Positions 1 to 9,926 of a stretch of DNA of 46,641 nt are shown here, piece after piece. The DNA comes from Kiritimatiellia bacterium (GTDB taxonomy: Bacteria > Verrucomicrobiota > Kiritimatiellia > RFP12 > JBMNHG01): assembly GCA_050950285.1 (NCBI GenBank), contig JBMNHG010000003.1:802337-848977 (forward strand), read 5' to 3'. Position numbers and translations under genes: made by a program. Under the pieces are notes generated by a model, which was not told the DNA's origin, ran no database searches, and was given only the letters and a program-made list of their open reading frames with translations. Positions within the stretch are counted from its first letter, which is position 1; each line of letters starts with the position of its first letter.

Positions 1-1485
1 GAGGGTCAGGTTCGAGAGGGTCATCGTGTTGACCGTGCCGTCCGGAACGACGACGCACACGCCGCCGACCACATTGCCGCCCGAGAGCGTGAAGGGACCC
101 GCGCCATCGAGGGCGAGTGTGCGGGTTGACGATGTGTAAGTCCAGCCGGGATTCTGAACCAACGAGTCGAAGGCAACATCTTCGCCATTCACTGTCACGC
201 CGGAAGAGCCCACGCCGTCCTCGACCTTCGCCGTGCAGGTGCGCCCATTTGCCGTGAGCACGTAGTCGCCCTCCGGAAGCCACAGATGGATGCAGCCGCC
301 GTCGTCGGCAAAGATGTCGTTCGTTCCGTAGTAGTCCGGAAGGCCCGAGCCGGAGGAAGCGAAGACGACCGGCGCATCAGGCTCGAACCCCGCGACCACC
401 GCGCAGGCGACCGGTTCATCGGTGTTGTTGCGGGGTATGGGACTAGGGGATACACCACCTGAACGGATCGTACCGCCGGTAAAGCGGGTCGTTTCGGTGG
501 TAGGCTGGCGGTAGAGACCGTGCCCGACATCGGGGGCACCTGCCCCCCCCGCCGCCGTCACCATACCGCCGGAAATCTCGATCGTGCCGCCTGCGCCCTT
601 GAAGCCGCCGCCGATGCCCGCGCCGCCGCTGCCGCCGCCCGTTGCCGTCACCCGTCCGCCGGAGATGGTTATCGTGCCACCGCTGCCGCCGGAGTAACTG
701 GTGGTGCTGCCACCGCCGCCGATGCCCGCGCCGCCGGCGTATTGGCTGCTCGTGGCCGTGACCGTGCCCCCGGAAATCTCCACCGTGCCTCCTGCGCTGC
801 GGTAGCCGCCACCGATACCCGCGCCGTTATCGGTAGCCGTCGCGACGAGCGTGCCGCCAGTAATGCGCACTGTACCGCCGCTGCCGCCGAAGGAACCGGA
901 TGAGCTGGTGCCACCACCGCCGACACCCGCGCTGCGGTAGCCGCTCGTGGCCGTGACCATGCCACCGCGGAACGTCACCAAGCCGCATGCGGCCTGGTCG
1001 CCGCCACCAATGCCCGCGCCGCGAGAACCACCCGTCACGAGGAGCGCCCCCGCGTCGTCGCCGGGCGCGTTGGTAATCGAGAGCGAGCGTCCCGCCGCGA
1101 CTTCGATGCCTGCGCGACCGGCGCCCGAGGCGAGCCTGTTCGTCCCCGCGAGGAAGAGCGACACGTCGGCGTTCGCTCCCAGCGCGAAGGCACATTGACC
1201 GCTGCTTCTCGCATAGAGCATCAGGTTGGAGAGGGTGACCGTGTTCGTCACGTTCTCCGAGACCACGACGCACACCGCATTGGCCATGTTCGTGCCGGAG
1301 AGCATGAAGGGACCCGCCCCGGAAAGCGTGAGCGTGGGCGAGACATACGCCCAGCCTTCGCCGGACGAGCCGGCGGAGTCGAGCATGTCGCCGTTGACGG
1401 TGACGCCGACGGGACTGGCGGTGGCGGTGGCGACGATGCATGCCGCCGCCAGCGCGGCGAGGAGGGGGCGGGTGGTGTGCTTCAT
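1..1485 (-). CDS. Secreted Gly-rich repeat (GAGIGGG / GTVTISGGTVTATGG) modular surface protein, paralog 1; 3' part runs off the window
   Basis: ATG at 1485 (MKHTTRPLLAALAAACI.., signal-peptide-like). The same frame is still coding at base 1 (..VVPDGTVNTMTLSNLTL). N-terminus and leader are nearly identical to those of 1723..4923. Confidence 0.8.
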   Translation of the reverse strand, partial: MKHTTRPLLAALAAACIVATATASPVGVTVNGDMLDSAGSSGEGWAYVSPTLTLSGAGPFMLSGTNMANAVCVVVSENVTNTVTLSNLMLYARSSGQCAFALGANADVSLFLAGTNRLASGAGRAGIEVAAGRSLSITNAPGDDAGALLVTGGSRGAGIGGGDQAACGLVTFRGGMVTATSGYRSAGVGGGGTSSSGSFGGSGGTVRITGGTLVATATDNGAGIGGGYRSAGGTVEISGGTVTATSSQYAGGAGIGGGGSTTSYSGGSGGTITISGGRVTATGGGSGGAGIGGGFKGAGGTIEISGGMVTAAGGAGAPDVGHGLYRQPTTETTRFTGGTIRSGGVSPSPIPRNNTDEPVACAVVAGFEPDAPVVFASSGSGLPDYYGTNDIFADDGGCIHLWLPEGDYVLTANGRTCTAKVEDGVGSSGVTVNGEDVAFDSLVQNPGWTYTSSTRTLALDGAGPFTLSGGNVVGGVCVVVPDGTVNTMTLSNLTL

Positions 1486-1720
1486 GGTGGTGTTCCCTTC
1501 AGTCGCGCCTCTACGCCTGTGGGGCAGAGACACACTTTGTCGCGAGCCTTGTCGAAAGCTGTCCCAGTTGGCGAACACGGAGATCCGCCGCAACGATAAT
1601 GGCTTGTGGTGTTACTGTTCACGGCCAGCCTTTAGGTAGGCGAAATAACGAAAGCTACCTAATCAGTCGTCAGGCAATAATCTGCAGACGATTATAGATT
1701 AGACGGCGGGATGGGGAAAG
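1483..1720. repeat. Duplicated ~235-bp promoter/leader, copy 1 (copy 2 at 4921..5160)
   Basis: Near-identical for ~150 bp next to the ATG, diverged further out. Both copies keep TTTCCC-N17-TATAAT on the minus strand. Confidence 0.8.
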
Positions 1721-1722
1721 CA

Positions 1723-4700
1723 TTATTCTGCCAGCACGCGCAGGAAGAGGCGGGGGGAATCGGGCGGGGTGAACGGCACGGTAAGGGTCATGCCGTCGCG
1801 CGCGGTTCCGGGGAGCGTCGTCCAGACGGCTTCCGTGAGGTTGGTGCAGTACTGGACCTCGAATGCCGTCACCGTATTGATCCATTCGTCGAAAAGGTCG
1901 GGCGGGAGCCGTTCGGCGAGCGTGAAGGTGGCCGTGTCATCCGCCAGTTCGAAGGCGGCAATGGTGAAATAGTGGGTTGTCACCGCCGCATCCGCATCCG
2001 CGACGGTCGCGACATAGGGCACGCCGTTGACGACGAAGACATATTCGCCGTTCGGCAGCCAGAGGTAGAGCGTGCCGTTTTCGTCGGCGAAGAGATCGTT
2101 GGTGCCGTAGCCCTGCGGCAACACTTCGAGCTCCGGCGTCGCGCCGGGCGTGAGACCCGGCACCGTCACGCACCAGACGCGCACCGTGCCATTTGAGGGC
2201 ACAAGGGATATGGCGCCGTTGGCGAGACGGATCGAGCCGCCGGTGAAGGTGTTCGCGCCGGAAAGCGTGGCTTTGGCGCCGGGACCGATGTCCGTTGCGC
2301 CGCCGGTGCCTGTCGCGACGACGGTGCCGCCGGAGATCGTCACGGTGCCACCCTTGCCGGCGCTGTTGTAGCTGCCGCCGCCGATGCCGGCGGCACCGTC
2401 GCCGCCGGTTGCCGTGACCCTGCCGCCCGAGATGTCCACGGTGCCGCCTGCGGCGGCGTAACCGCCGCCGATTCCGGCGGCGCCATCGCCGCCGACGGCT
2501 GTCGCCGTGCCACCGGAGATCGTCACCGAACCGCCGGCGTACTGAAGGCCGCCGCCGATGCCGCCGCCGCGATAGCCGCCCATGGCGACGACGCTGCCGC
2601 CGGAGAGGGTCAGCGTGCCACCCGCGCCGTAATAGCCGCCGCCGATGCCGGCGCCGTACTTGCCGCCCGTGGCCGTGACGTTGCCGCCGGCGATTTCGAT
2701 TGTGCCGCCTGCTTTGCTTCGTCCGCCGCCGATGCCGGCGGCGTAGTCGCCGCTTGTCGCCGTCAGCGTGGCCGTGTCGTCGCCGGGCGCGTTGGAGATC
2801 AGGAGCGTCCGGTTCGCCGCGACTTCGAGGCCGGCGCGGTTGTCGCCTGAGACGAGTGCGTTCGCCCCCGCGAGGCGGAGCGACATCCGGGCGTACTGTC
2901 CCAGCGCGAAGGCGCAGCGATCCGCGCCTGTCACCCAAAGCGTCAGGTTGGCCAGCGTGACGGTGTTGGTGGTGCGGTCCGGCACGACGACGGACACGGC
3001 ACCGACCTTGTTCGTGCCGGCGAGCGTGAAGGGGCCCGCACCGGAGAGCGTCAACACACGGCTCGGCGGGTCGTAGATCCATCCGGCGGCGGAATTCGTC
3101 GAGCCGAAGGCGACGTCCTCGCCGTTGATTGTCACACCGACGACGCCTGTCCCATTCTCCACCTTCGCCGTGCAATTGCGTCCGTTCGCCGTGAAGGCGT
3201 GAACGCCCTCGGGGAGCCAGAGATAGATGCAGCCGTCCTCGTCGGCGACGATGCCGTTCACGCCGTAGGGCATGGTGCCCGAGAGGAACGGGGTGATTTC
3301 AACGGCTTCGCCTGGGGCGAAGCCGCTTGTCATCGCGCAACCCACGCGCTCCGTGTCGTTGGACGGCGCGGGTGAGGGGAAGGTGTTGGCGAGGCGGATC
3401 GAGCCGCCGGTGAAACGGTTCAGGCCGCGGATAGCGCTGTTCAGCCCCGGCCCGGCGTCCGCGCTGCCGCCTGCGCCCGTCGCGAAAACGGTGCCGCCGG
3501 AAACCGTCAAAAGTGCGCCGCCGCCTTTGTAGCCGCCGCCGATGCCCGCGCCGCCCGAGAAGGTGTTGTTGTAGTGGCATCCGCCGGTTGTCGTCACCGT
3601 GCCGCCGGAGATGGTCACCGTGCCGCCGGCACCGCCGGGGTTGTAGGTCGAGCCGCTTCCACCGCCAATGCCTGCGGCGTCCTGGCCGCCTGTGGCCGTC
3701 ACGCTGCCGCCGGAGATGGTCACCGTGCCGCCGTCCGTGCGGTAGCCGCCGCCGATGCCGGCACCGTTCTTTCCGCCCGTTGCGGTGACGGTGCCGCCCC
3801 GAATTTCGACCTCGCCCCCGCCGCCGCTTGCGACACTGCCGCTGCCGATGCCCGCGCCGCTTTCGCCGCCTGTCGCCGTGACCGTGCCATTGAAAATGGT
3901 CACGTTGGCGCCGTTGCCGTTTCCGCCGCCGCCGATGCCGGCGCTGCTGCCGCCGCCTGTCGCGGTGACGGTGCCGCCGGAAAGGATCACGTCGCCGCCG
4001 TCGCCTTTGTAGCCGCCGCCGATGCCGGCGCCGTAGGAGGCCGTTGCGTGGACGTCGCCGCCGGAAATCTCCACCGTGCCGCCGTCGGCGTACTGACCGC
4101 CGCCGATGCCGGCGCTGGAGCTTCCGCCTGTCGCGGCGACGCAGCCGCCGGAGATCTTGACGACGCCACCCGAGCCGTTCTCTCCGCCGCCGATGCCGGC
4201 GCCGTAGGCTCCACCGGTCGCGGTGACCGTGCCGCCAGAGATCGTGATCGTGCCGGCGTCGCCGTTGCTGCCGCCGCCGATGCCGGCGCCGTAGGTGCCG
4301 GTTGTCGCCGTGACCGTGCCGCCGGAGATGGTGATCGTGCCGCCGGCGCCGCCGTTGCCGCCGCCGATGCCGGCGGCGGAGGAAGCGCCCGTTGCAGTGA
4401 TGGTACCACCGGAAATCGTCACGGTGCCACACGCACTGTTCGCTCTACCGCCGATGCCCGCGCCGCCGCTCCTGGCCGTGACGACGAGCGCGCCTGCTTC
4501 ATCACCGGGGGCGTTGGTGATCGAGAGCGACGCGCCCGGCGGAACCTCGATGCCCGCATTCCTTGAATCCAGCTTGCTCGTTCCCGACAGAAACAGCGTG
4601 ACGCAGGCGTTGGTCTCCAGCACGAAGGCGCCCTGGCTGGCGTATACCTCCCAGAGTACCAGATCCGCCAGCGTGACGGTGTTGGTCGTTCCTGCCGGAA

Positions 4701-4923
4701 CGGCGATCACCACCTTCCACGACGTGTTCGTGCCGGCGATTGTAAAGGGGCCCTCGCCGGAAAGCGTGAGGACGGGCGAGGCATACACCCATCCATTGCC
4801 GGACGAGCCGGCGGAGTCGAGCATGTCGCCGTTGACGGAGACGCCGACGGGACCGGCGGTGGCGTTGGCGGCGATGCATGCCGCCGCCAGCGCGGCGAGG
4901 AGGGGGCGGGTGGTGCGTTTCAT
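1723..4923 (-). CDS. Secreted Gly-rich repeat modular surface protein, paralog 2 (two modules + C-terminal domain)
   Basis: Start re-assigned to ATG 4923 (MKRTTRPLLAALAAACIAANATA) after GAAGGGAA. Many GAGIGGG..GGTVTISGGTVTATGG repeats (beta-solenoid-like). C-terminus ..YCTNLTEAVWT..PRLFLRVLAE. Confidence 0.85.
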   Translation of the reverse strand: MKRTTRPLLAALAAACIAANATAGPVGVSVNGDMLDSAGSSGNGWVYASPVLTLSGEGPFTIAGTNTSWKVVIAVPAGTTNTVTLADLVLWEVYASQGAFVLETNACVTLFLSGTSKLDSRNAGIEVPPGASLSITNAPGDEAGALVVTARSGGAGIGGRANSACGTVTISGGTITATGASSAAGIGGGNGGAGGTITISGGTVTATTGTYGAGIGGGSNGDAGTITISGGTVTATGGAYGAGIGGGENGSGGVVKISGGCVAATGGSSSAGIGGGQYADGGTVEISGGDVHATASYGAGIGGGYKGDGGDVILSGGTVTATGGGSSAGIGGGGNGNGANVTIFNGTVTATGGESGAGIGSGSVASGGGGEVEIRGGTVTATGGKNGAGIGGGYRTDGGTVTISGGSVTATGGQDAAGIGGGSGSTYNPGGAGGTVTISGGTVTTTGGCHYNNTFSGGAGIGGGYKGGGALLTVSGGTVFATGAGGSADAGPGLNSAIRGLNRFTGGSIRLANTFPSPAPSNDTERVGCAMTSGFAPGEAVEITPFLSGTMPYGVNGIVADEDGCIYLWLPEGVHAFTANGRNCTAKVENGTGVVGVTINGEDVAFGSTNSAAGWIYDPPSRVLTLSGAGPFTLAGTNKVGAVSVVVPDRTTNTVTLANLTLWVTGADRCAFALGQYARMSLRLAGANALVSGDNRAGLEVAANRTLLISNAPGDDTATLTATSGDYAAGIGGGRSKAGGTIEIAGGNVTATGGKYGAGIGGGYYGAGGTLTLSGGSVVAMGGYRGGGIGGGLQYAGGSVTISGGTATAVGGDGAAGIGGGYAAAGGTVDISGGRVTATGGDGAAGIGGGSYNSAGKGGTVTISGGTVVATGTGGATDIGPGAKATLSGANTFTGGSIRLANGAISLVPSNGTVRVWCVTVPGLTPGATPELEVLPQGYGTNDLFADENGTLYLWLPNGEYVFVVNGVPYVATVADADAAVTTHYFTIAAFELADDTATFTLAERLPPDLFDEWINTVTAFEVQYCTNLTEAVWTTLPGTARDGMTLTVPFTPPDSPRLFLRVLAE

Positions 4924-5160
4924 GGTGGTGTTCCCTTCAGTCGCGCCTCTACGCCTGTGGGGCAGAGACACACTTTGTCGCGAGCCTTGTCGCAAGCTGT
5001 CCCGGTTGGCGGACACGGAGTTCCGCCGCAACGATAATGGCTTGTGGTACTACTGTTCACGGCCAGCCTTCCGGTGGGTTAAAGGATGGAAGCAACCTAA
5101 TCAGCCATCGGGCAATTATCTGCGGAGGATTATAGAGTAGGTCGCGGGGACGGGAAAGCA
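4921..5160. repeat. Duplicated promoter/leader, copy 2
   Basis: Direct repeat of 1483..1720; TATAAT on the minus strand at ~5129-5134. Confidence 0.8.
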
Positions 5161-5172
5161 TTATTTCCCCTT

Positions 5173-5260
5173 CTTCGCAGCTTCGCGCCTTCGCGTGAGC
5201 CCTGCACGCGGCTCGCCGGTCACGCCGCGTGGCGGCGTGACGGGGACGGCTCGCCCTACC
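5173..5260. repeat. REP-like intergenic palindromic repeat cluster
   Basis: Short cttcgc(a/g) tandem units, a hairpin gtcacgccgc-gtg-gcggcgtgac, and GTAGGGCGAGCCGTCCC on the minus strand (GTAG-type REP foot). Confidence 0.5.
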
Positions 5261-5385
5261 CTTCGTTTCGCTGTACCGCGAGCTTTCGCCGTCACGGAGT
5301 CTTCGGACGAGCAGACGCTCGTCCCTCCCGCCGGGTGGTTCGGTACAGGCGCCAGCCAAACTTTAGAACTTCTTTCCCTCTTGCC

Positions 5386-8300
5386 CTACTGCTGGGGCTG
5401 ACTTGAGCCGGCCGTCACCTTGAAGAAGCGGCGCGGCGCCGTCGCGCTGATGTCATCGAAGGCAAGGTTGCCGTCCGCCGTCGCATAGACGCTTTTCACC
5501 AGTTCCCAGGTTCCGCCCAGTGTAGCCGTCGCGTAGAGCGTGTACCAGACATCTTTTTTGGCGTTGGCGATCGTGATGGAGAGCGTCGTGCCGCTGAAGA
5601 CGAGCGCCGAGCCGTCCGCAGCGAAGGCCGGTGTCGCAAGGTAGAATGTCGCCGTCGCATCCGCGCCGTTCACGGCGGCCGTGTAGCCGGAGCCGCCTGC
5701 CGTGAAAGTGTAATCGTTATCCGGCAGCCAGAGGTAGAGCCTGCCGGCGTCGTCGGCGAAGAGGTCGTTGACGCCGTAGGAGCCGAGCGAACCGACCGTG
5801 ACCGCCGCATGGGGCACGAGATTCGTCACCGTCACGCACCAGACGCGCGCCTCGCCATCGGTGGGGTCAGTCGCCGCGTAGCCGCCATCGATACGGATGG
5901 AGCCACCGGTGAAGGTGCTTGTGCCGGAGACGTGCGGTGGGGTGCCGCCGTTTCCTACATTGCCGACGCCGCTGCCGACCCCCGGGCCGCCGTCCGCGCC
6001 GCCGGTGGCGAAGACCGTGCCGTCGGCGACGGTCAGGGCTGCGCCTGCGCCACCTTGAACGGTTCCGCCTACGCCGCCGCCGATGCCCGCCGCGCAGTCG
6101 CCGCCGGTCGCCGCGACGCGCCCGCCGGAGATCGACACCGTGCCGCCCGCGCCGGCGGTGGCGTTGGTGCTGGTGTTGTTGGCGCCGCCGCCGATGCCGG
6201 CGCCGAAGTCGCCGCCGGCGGCGGAAATCTCGCCGCCGGTGATGGTCACCGTGCAGCCCCCGCCCTCGTAGCCGCCGCCGATGCCCGCGCCATAGAGACC
6301 GCCCGTCACCGCCACGATGCCGCCGTGAACGGCCACCGTGCCGCCGTCCTTGCGATACTCGCCGCCGATGCCCGCGCCGCAGTAGCCGCCCGCCGCCGAC
6401 AGCGCGCCCGCGTCGTCGCCTGGCGCATTGGTGATGGCGTCCGTCCCGCCGCGACTTCGAGACCCGCCCGGCCAAGGCCGGAGGCGAGGCTGTTCGACCC
6501 TGCGAGGACGAGCGACACAACGGCATTTGTTCCCAGCGCGAAGGCGCACTGGAAATCGCCCGTCGCCTTGAGCGTCAGGTTCGAGAGCGTGACCGTGCTC
6601 GTCACGTCATTCGTGACGGCGATGCAGACACCGCCCATCGTGTTGGCGCCCGAGAGCACGAAGGGGCCTGGGCCGGAGAGCATGGCTATGCGACTCGTTG
6701 CGTCGAAGCTCCATCCGGCGGCGATGGGATCCGACGGGCCGTAGGCGGCCTCCTCGCCGTTGACCGTGACACCGGTCGGCCCAACGCCATCCTGGATTGT
6801 CACAGTGTGGGGTTCTCCATTCGCCGTGAAGGCGTGCGTGCCGTTCGGGAGCCACAAGTAGATGATGCCGTTTCCGTCGGCGACGATATCCGTCGCACCG
6901 TACCCCGGAGGTCCGTCGAGCACGACCGGGTCGCCGGGGCTGAAGCCCGGCACCGTTGCGCAGAAGACCTGCTCCGTGGTGTTCGAGGGCGCGGGGGAGG
7001 CGTTCCCGGCGGCAAGGCGGATCGAGCCGCCGGCGAAGGTGTTCTCGCCGGAGACGATGCCGTTGCGCCCCGGCCCGATGTCCCTTGCGCCGTTGGTGCC
7101 GGTTGCCGTGACCGTGCCGCCGACGATCGTCACCGTGCCGCCGGCGCCGGCCTCGCCGCCGCCGATGCCCGCGCCGAAATCGCCGCCCGTCGCCGTGACC
7201 GCGCCGCCGGAAATCGTGACGGTGCCGCCTGCGCCTTTGTAGCCGCCGCCGATGCCGGCACCGCCGTCGCCGACATCGTAGCCGCCTGCGGCCGTGACCT
7301 TGCCGCCGGAAATGGTCGCCGTGCCGCCGTCGCCGGACCATCCGCCGCCGATGCCCGCAGCGCACATGCCGCCGGTTGCCGTCACGTCCCCGCCGGAAAT
7401 GACGACTGTGCCGCCGTCGCCGCCGGTGGTTTCATTGCCGTCTCCACCGCCAATGCCGGCGCCGAAATCGCCGCCCGTCGCCGTGACCGTGCCGCCGGTG
7501 ATCGTGACCGTGCCGCCGCTGCCGTCGTTGCCGCCGCCGATGCCTCCGGCCTCGGTGCCGCCCGTGGCGGCCACCGTGCCGCCGTTGACGGTCACCGTGC
7601 CGCCGTCTCCATTGTTGCCGCCGCCGATGCCGACGCCGTAATCGCCGCCCGTCGCCGACAGCGAACCCGTTTCGTCGCCGGGGGCGTTGGTGATGGAGAG
7701 CATTCCCTCCGCCGCGATCTCAAGGCCTGCCCGGCTCTCGCCCGAGGCGAGCGTGTTCGCCCCCGCGAGGGAGAGCGAGACGCAGGCGTTCGTCCCCAGC
7801 GCGAAGGCGCACTGATTGTCGTTTGTCGCCAGGAGCGTCAGGTTCGAGAGCGTGACCGTGTTCGTCGCGTTCACCGGGATGCTGACGCCGGCGCCGCCCG
7901 ACGTGTTGGTGCCGGAAAGCGTGAAGGGACCCGTGCCCAGGAGCAAGATGGTGCGGGTCTCCGCATCGAAGTCCCATCCGGCGGCAGGCTCGTCCGGGCC
8001 GTAGGCGGCCTCTTCGCCGTTGACTGTCACGCCGGTCGGTTCGACCGAGGGATCCGTGACTCTTACCGTGTAGTTCTGCCCGCCCGCTGTGAAGGTGTAT
8101 TTGCCGTTCGGGAGCCACAGGTGGATGGCGCCGCCGGCGTCGGCGAAAATGTCGTTCACACCGTAGTATTGAGGGAGCCCCGTGATTGCAACCGCTGCGC
8201 CGGGGGCAAAGCCCGACACCGTCGCGCAGAAGACCGGCTTCGTGCCGTTGCGGGGCGCGGGGGTGATGGACGCATTGCCCAGGCGGATTGTGCCGCCGGT

Positions 8301-9827
8301 GAAGGTGTTCGAGCCGGTATCCTGGCCGCGACGGCCCGGCCCGATGTCGTGACCTTCCTTGCCGCCCTGTGCGAAGACCGTGCCGCCGGAAATCGCAACG
8401 ATGGCGCTGGCGCCGCCGGAGAGACTGGAATAAGAGCCGCTGCCGCCGCCGATCCCGGCGGCATAGTCGCCGCCCGTGGCCGTGACGATGCCGCCGGCGA
8501 TATTGACTGTTCCTCCCGTATAGCCGGATCCGCCGCCGCTGCCGCCGCTGCCGATGCCCGCGCCGCAGTTGCTGCTGCCCGTCGCCGTGACCACGCCGCC
8601 GTTGATGGTCACCGTGCCGCCGCTGCCGTTGAAGCCGCCGCCGATGCCGGCGCCATAGTTGCCGCCCGTGGCCGTGACCGTGCCATCGTTGATGGTCACC
8701 GTAGCGCCGGCGCTTTTGTTGCCGCCGCCGATGCCCGCGCCATACTTGCCACCCGTCGCCGTGACCATGCCGCCGTTGATGTTGACCGTGCCGGCATCGC
8801 CTTCGGTGCCGCAGCCGATGCCCGCGCCGTCGGAGCCGGCGGTGGCTGCGACCGTGCCGCCGGCAATGGCCACCATGCCGCCGACGCTTTTGTAACCGCC
8901 GCCGACGGCTGCGGCGTATTTCCCGCCCGTGGCCGTGACCATGCCATCGTTGATGATCACCGTGCCGGCGTTGCCGATATAGCCGCCGCCGATGCCCGCG
9001 CCATAGTTGCCGCCCGTCGCTGCGACGGTGCCGCCGCTGATGGTCACCGTGCCGCCCGTGCCCCTGTCGCCGCCGCCGATGCCTGCGGCTTCCCTCCCGC
9101 CGAAGGCCGTGACCGTGCCGCCGTTGATGGTCGCCGTGCCGCCGTTTTTGTATCGGCTGCCGCCGATGCCGGCGGCGTAGTTGCCGCCCGTGGCCGTGAC
9201 CGTGCCGCCGACGATGTTCACGGTGCCGCCGTCGCCGAGCCAGCCGCCGCCGATGCCCGCGCCGCCGCTACTGCTGGTCGCTGTGACGGTGGCGGCGAAG
9301 ATGTTGATCGTGCCGCCGTGGCCGATGAAGCCCCTGTAGCCGCTTCCGCCGCCGATGCCCGCGCCATCACGACCGGCCGTTGCGAAAAGAGCGGCCGTGT
9401 CATCGCCCGGCACGTTGGTGACCGAGAGCGTCCGCCCGGCCGCGACCTCAAGGCCCGCGCGGTACTTGCCCGAGTCGAGCGTGTTCGTACCCGCGAGGAA
9501 GAGCGAGACGCAGGCGTTCGTCCCCAGCGAGAAGACGCACTGATAATCGTTTGTTGCCCGGAGCGTCAAGTCCGAGAGCGTGACCGTGCTCGTCACGCCC
9601 TCCTGAACGCCGATTTGCACCTTGCCTGACTCATTGGTGCCCGAAATCGTGAAGGGGCCTACGCCGGAAAGGATGAGGTTCGATGTGGCCGGCTCGTACG
9701 CCCAGCCGGTGTCAGACGAGCCGTCGGAGTCGAGCATGACGCCGTTGACCGTCACGCCGAGGGGGGCGGCGAAGGCGGCGGCGGCCGCACAGAGCGTCAT
9801 CAGCGCGGCGAGGAGTGCATGTCTCAT
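5386..9827 (-). pseudogene. Secreted Gly-rich repeat protein, paralog 3 (three modules), split by a frameshift at ~6437/6438
   Basis: ORF 6306..9827 reads ..LEVAAGRT|PSP and ORF 5386..6549 resumes ..ITNAPGDD. Paralogous modules read GRTLSITNAPGD; 4 nt (AGAG on +) are missing between 6437 and 6438. Confidence 0.8.
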
Positions 9828-9851
9828 GGCAGTGTTCCTTTCAGTTGAGGG

Positions 9852-9913
9852 CGAGAGACGCGAGACGAGAAAGGGGGCTCGCGTCTCATGTCTCTTGTCT
9901 CATGTCTCATGTC
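9852..9913. repeat. Short tandem heptamer repeats with an inverted arm
   Basis: gagacgcgag ... ctcgcgtctc inverted pair, followed by tctcatg/tctcttg/tctcatg/tctcatg heptamers. Confidence 0.6.
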
Positions 9914-9926
9914 CTTCCCCTTTCAT

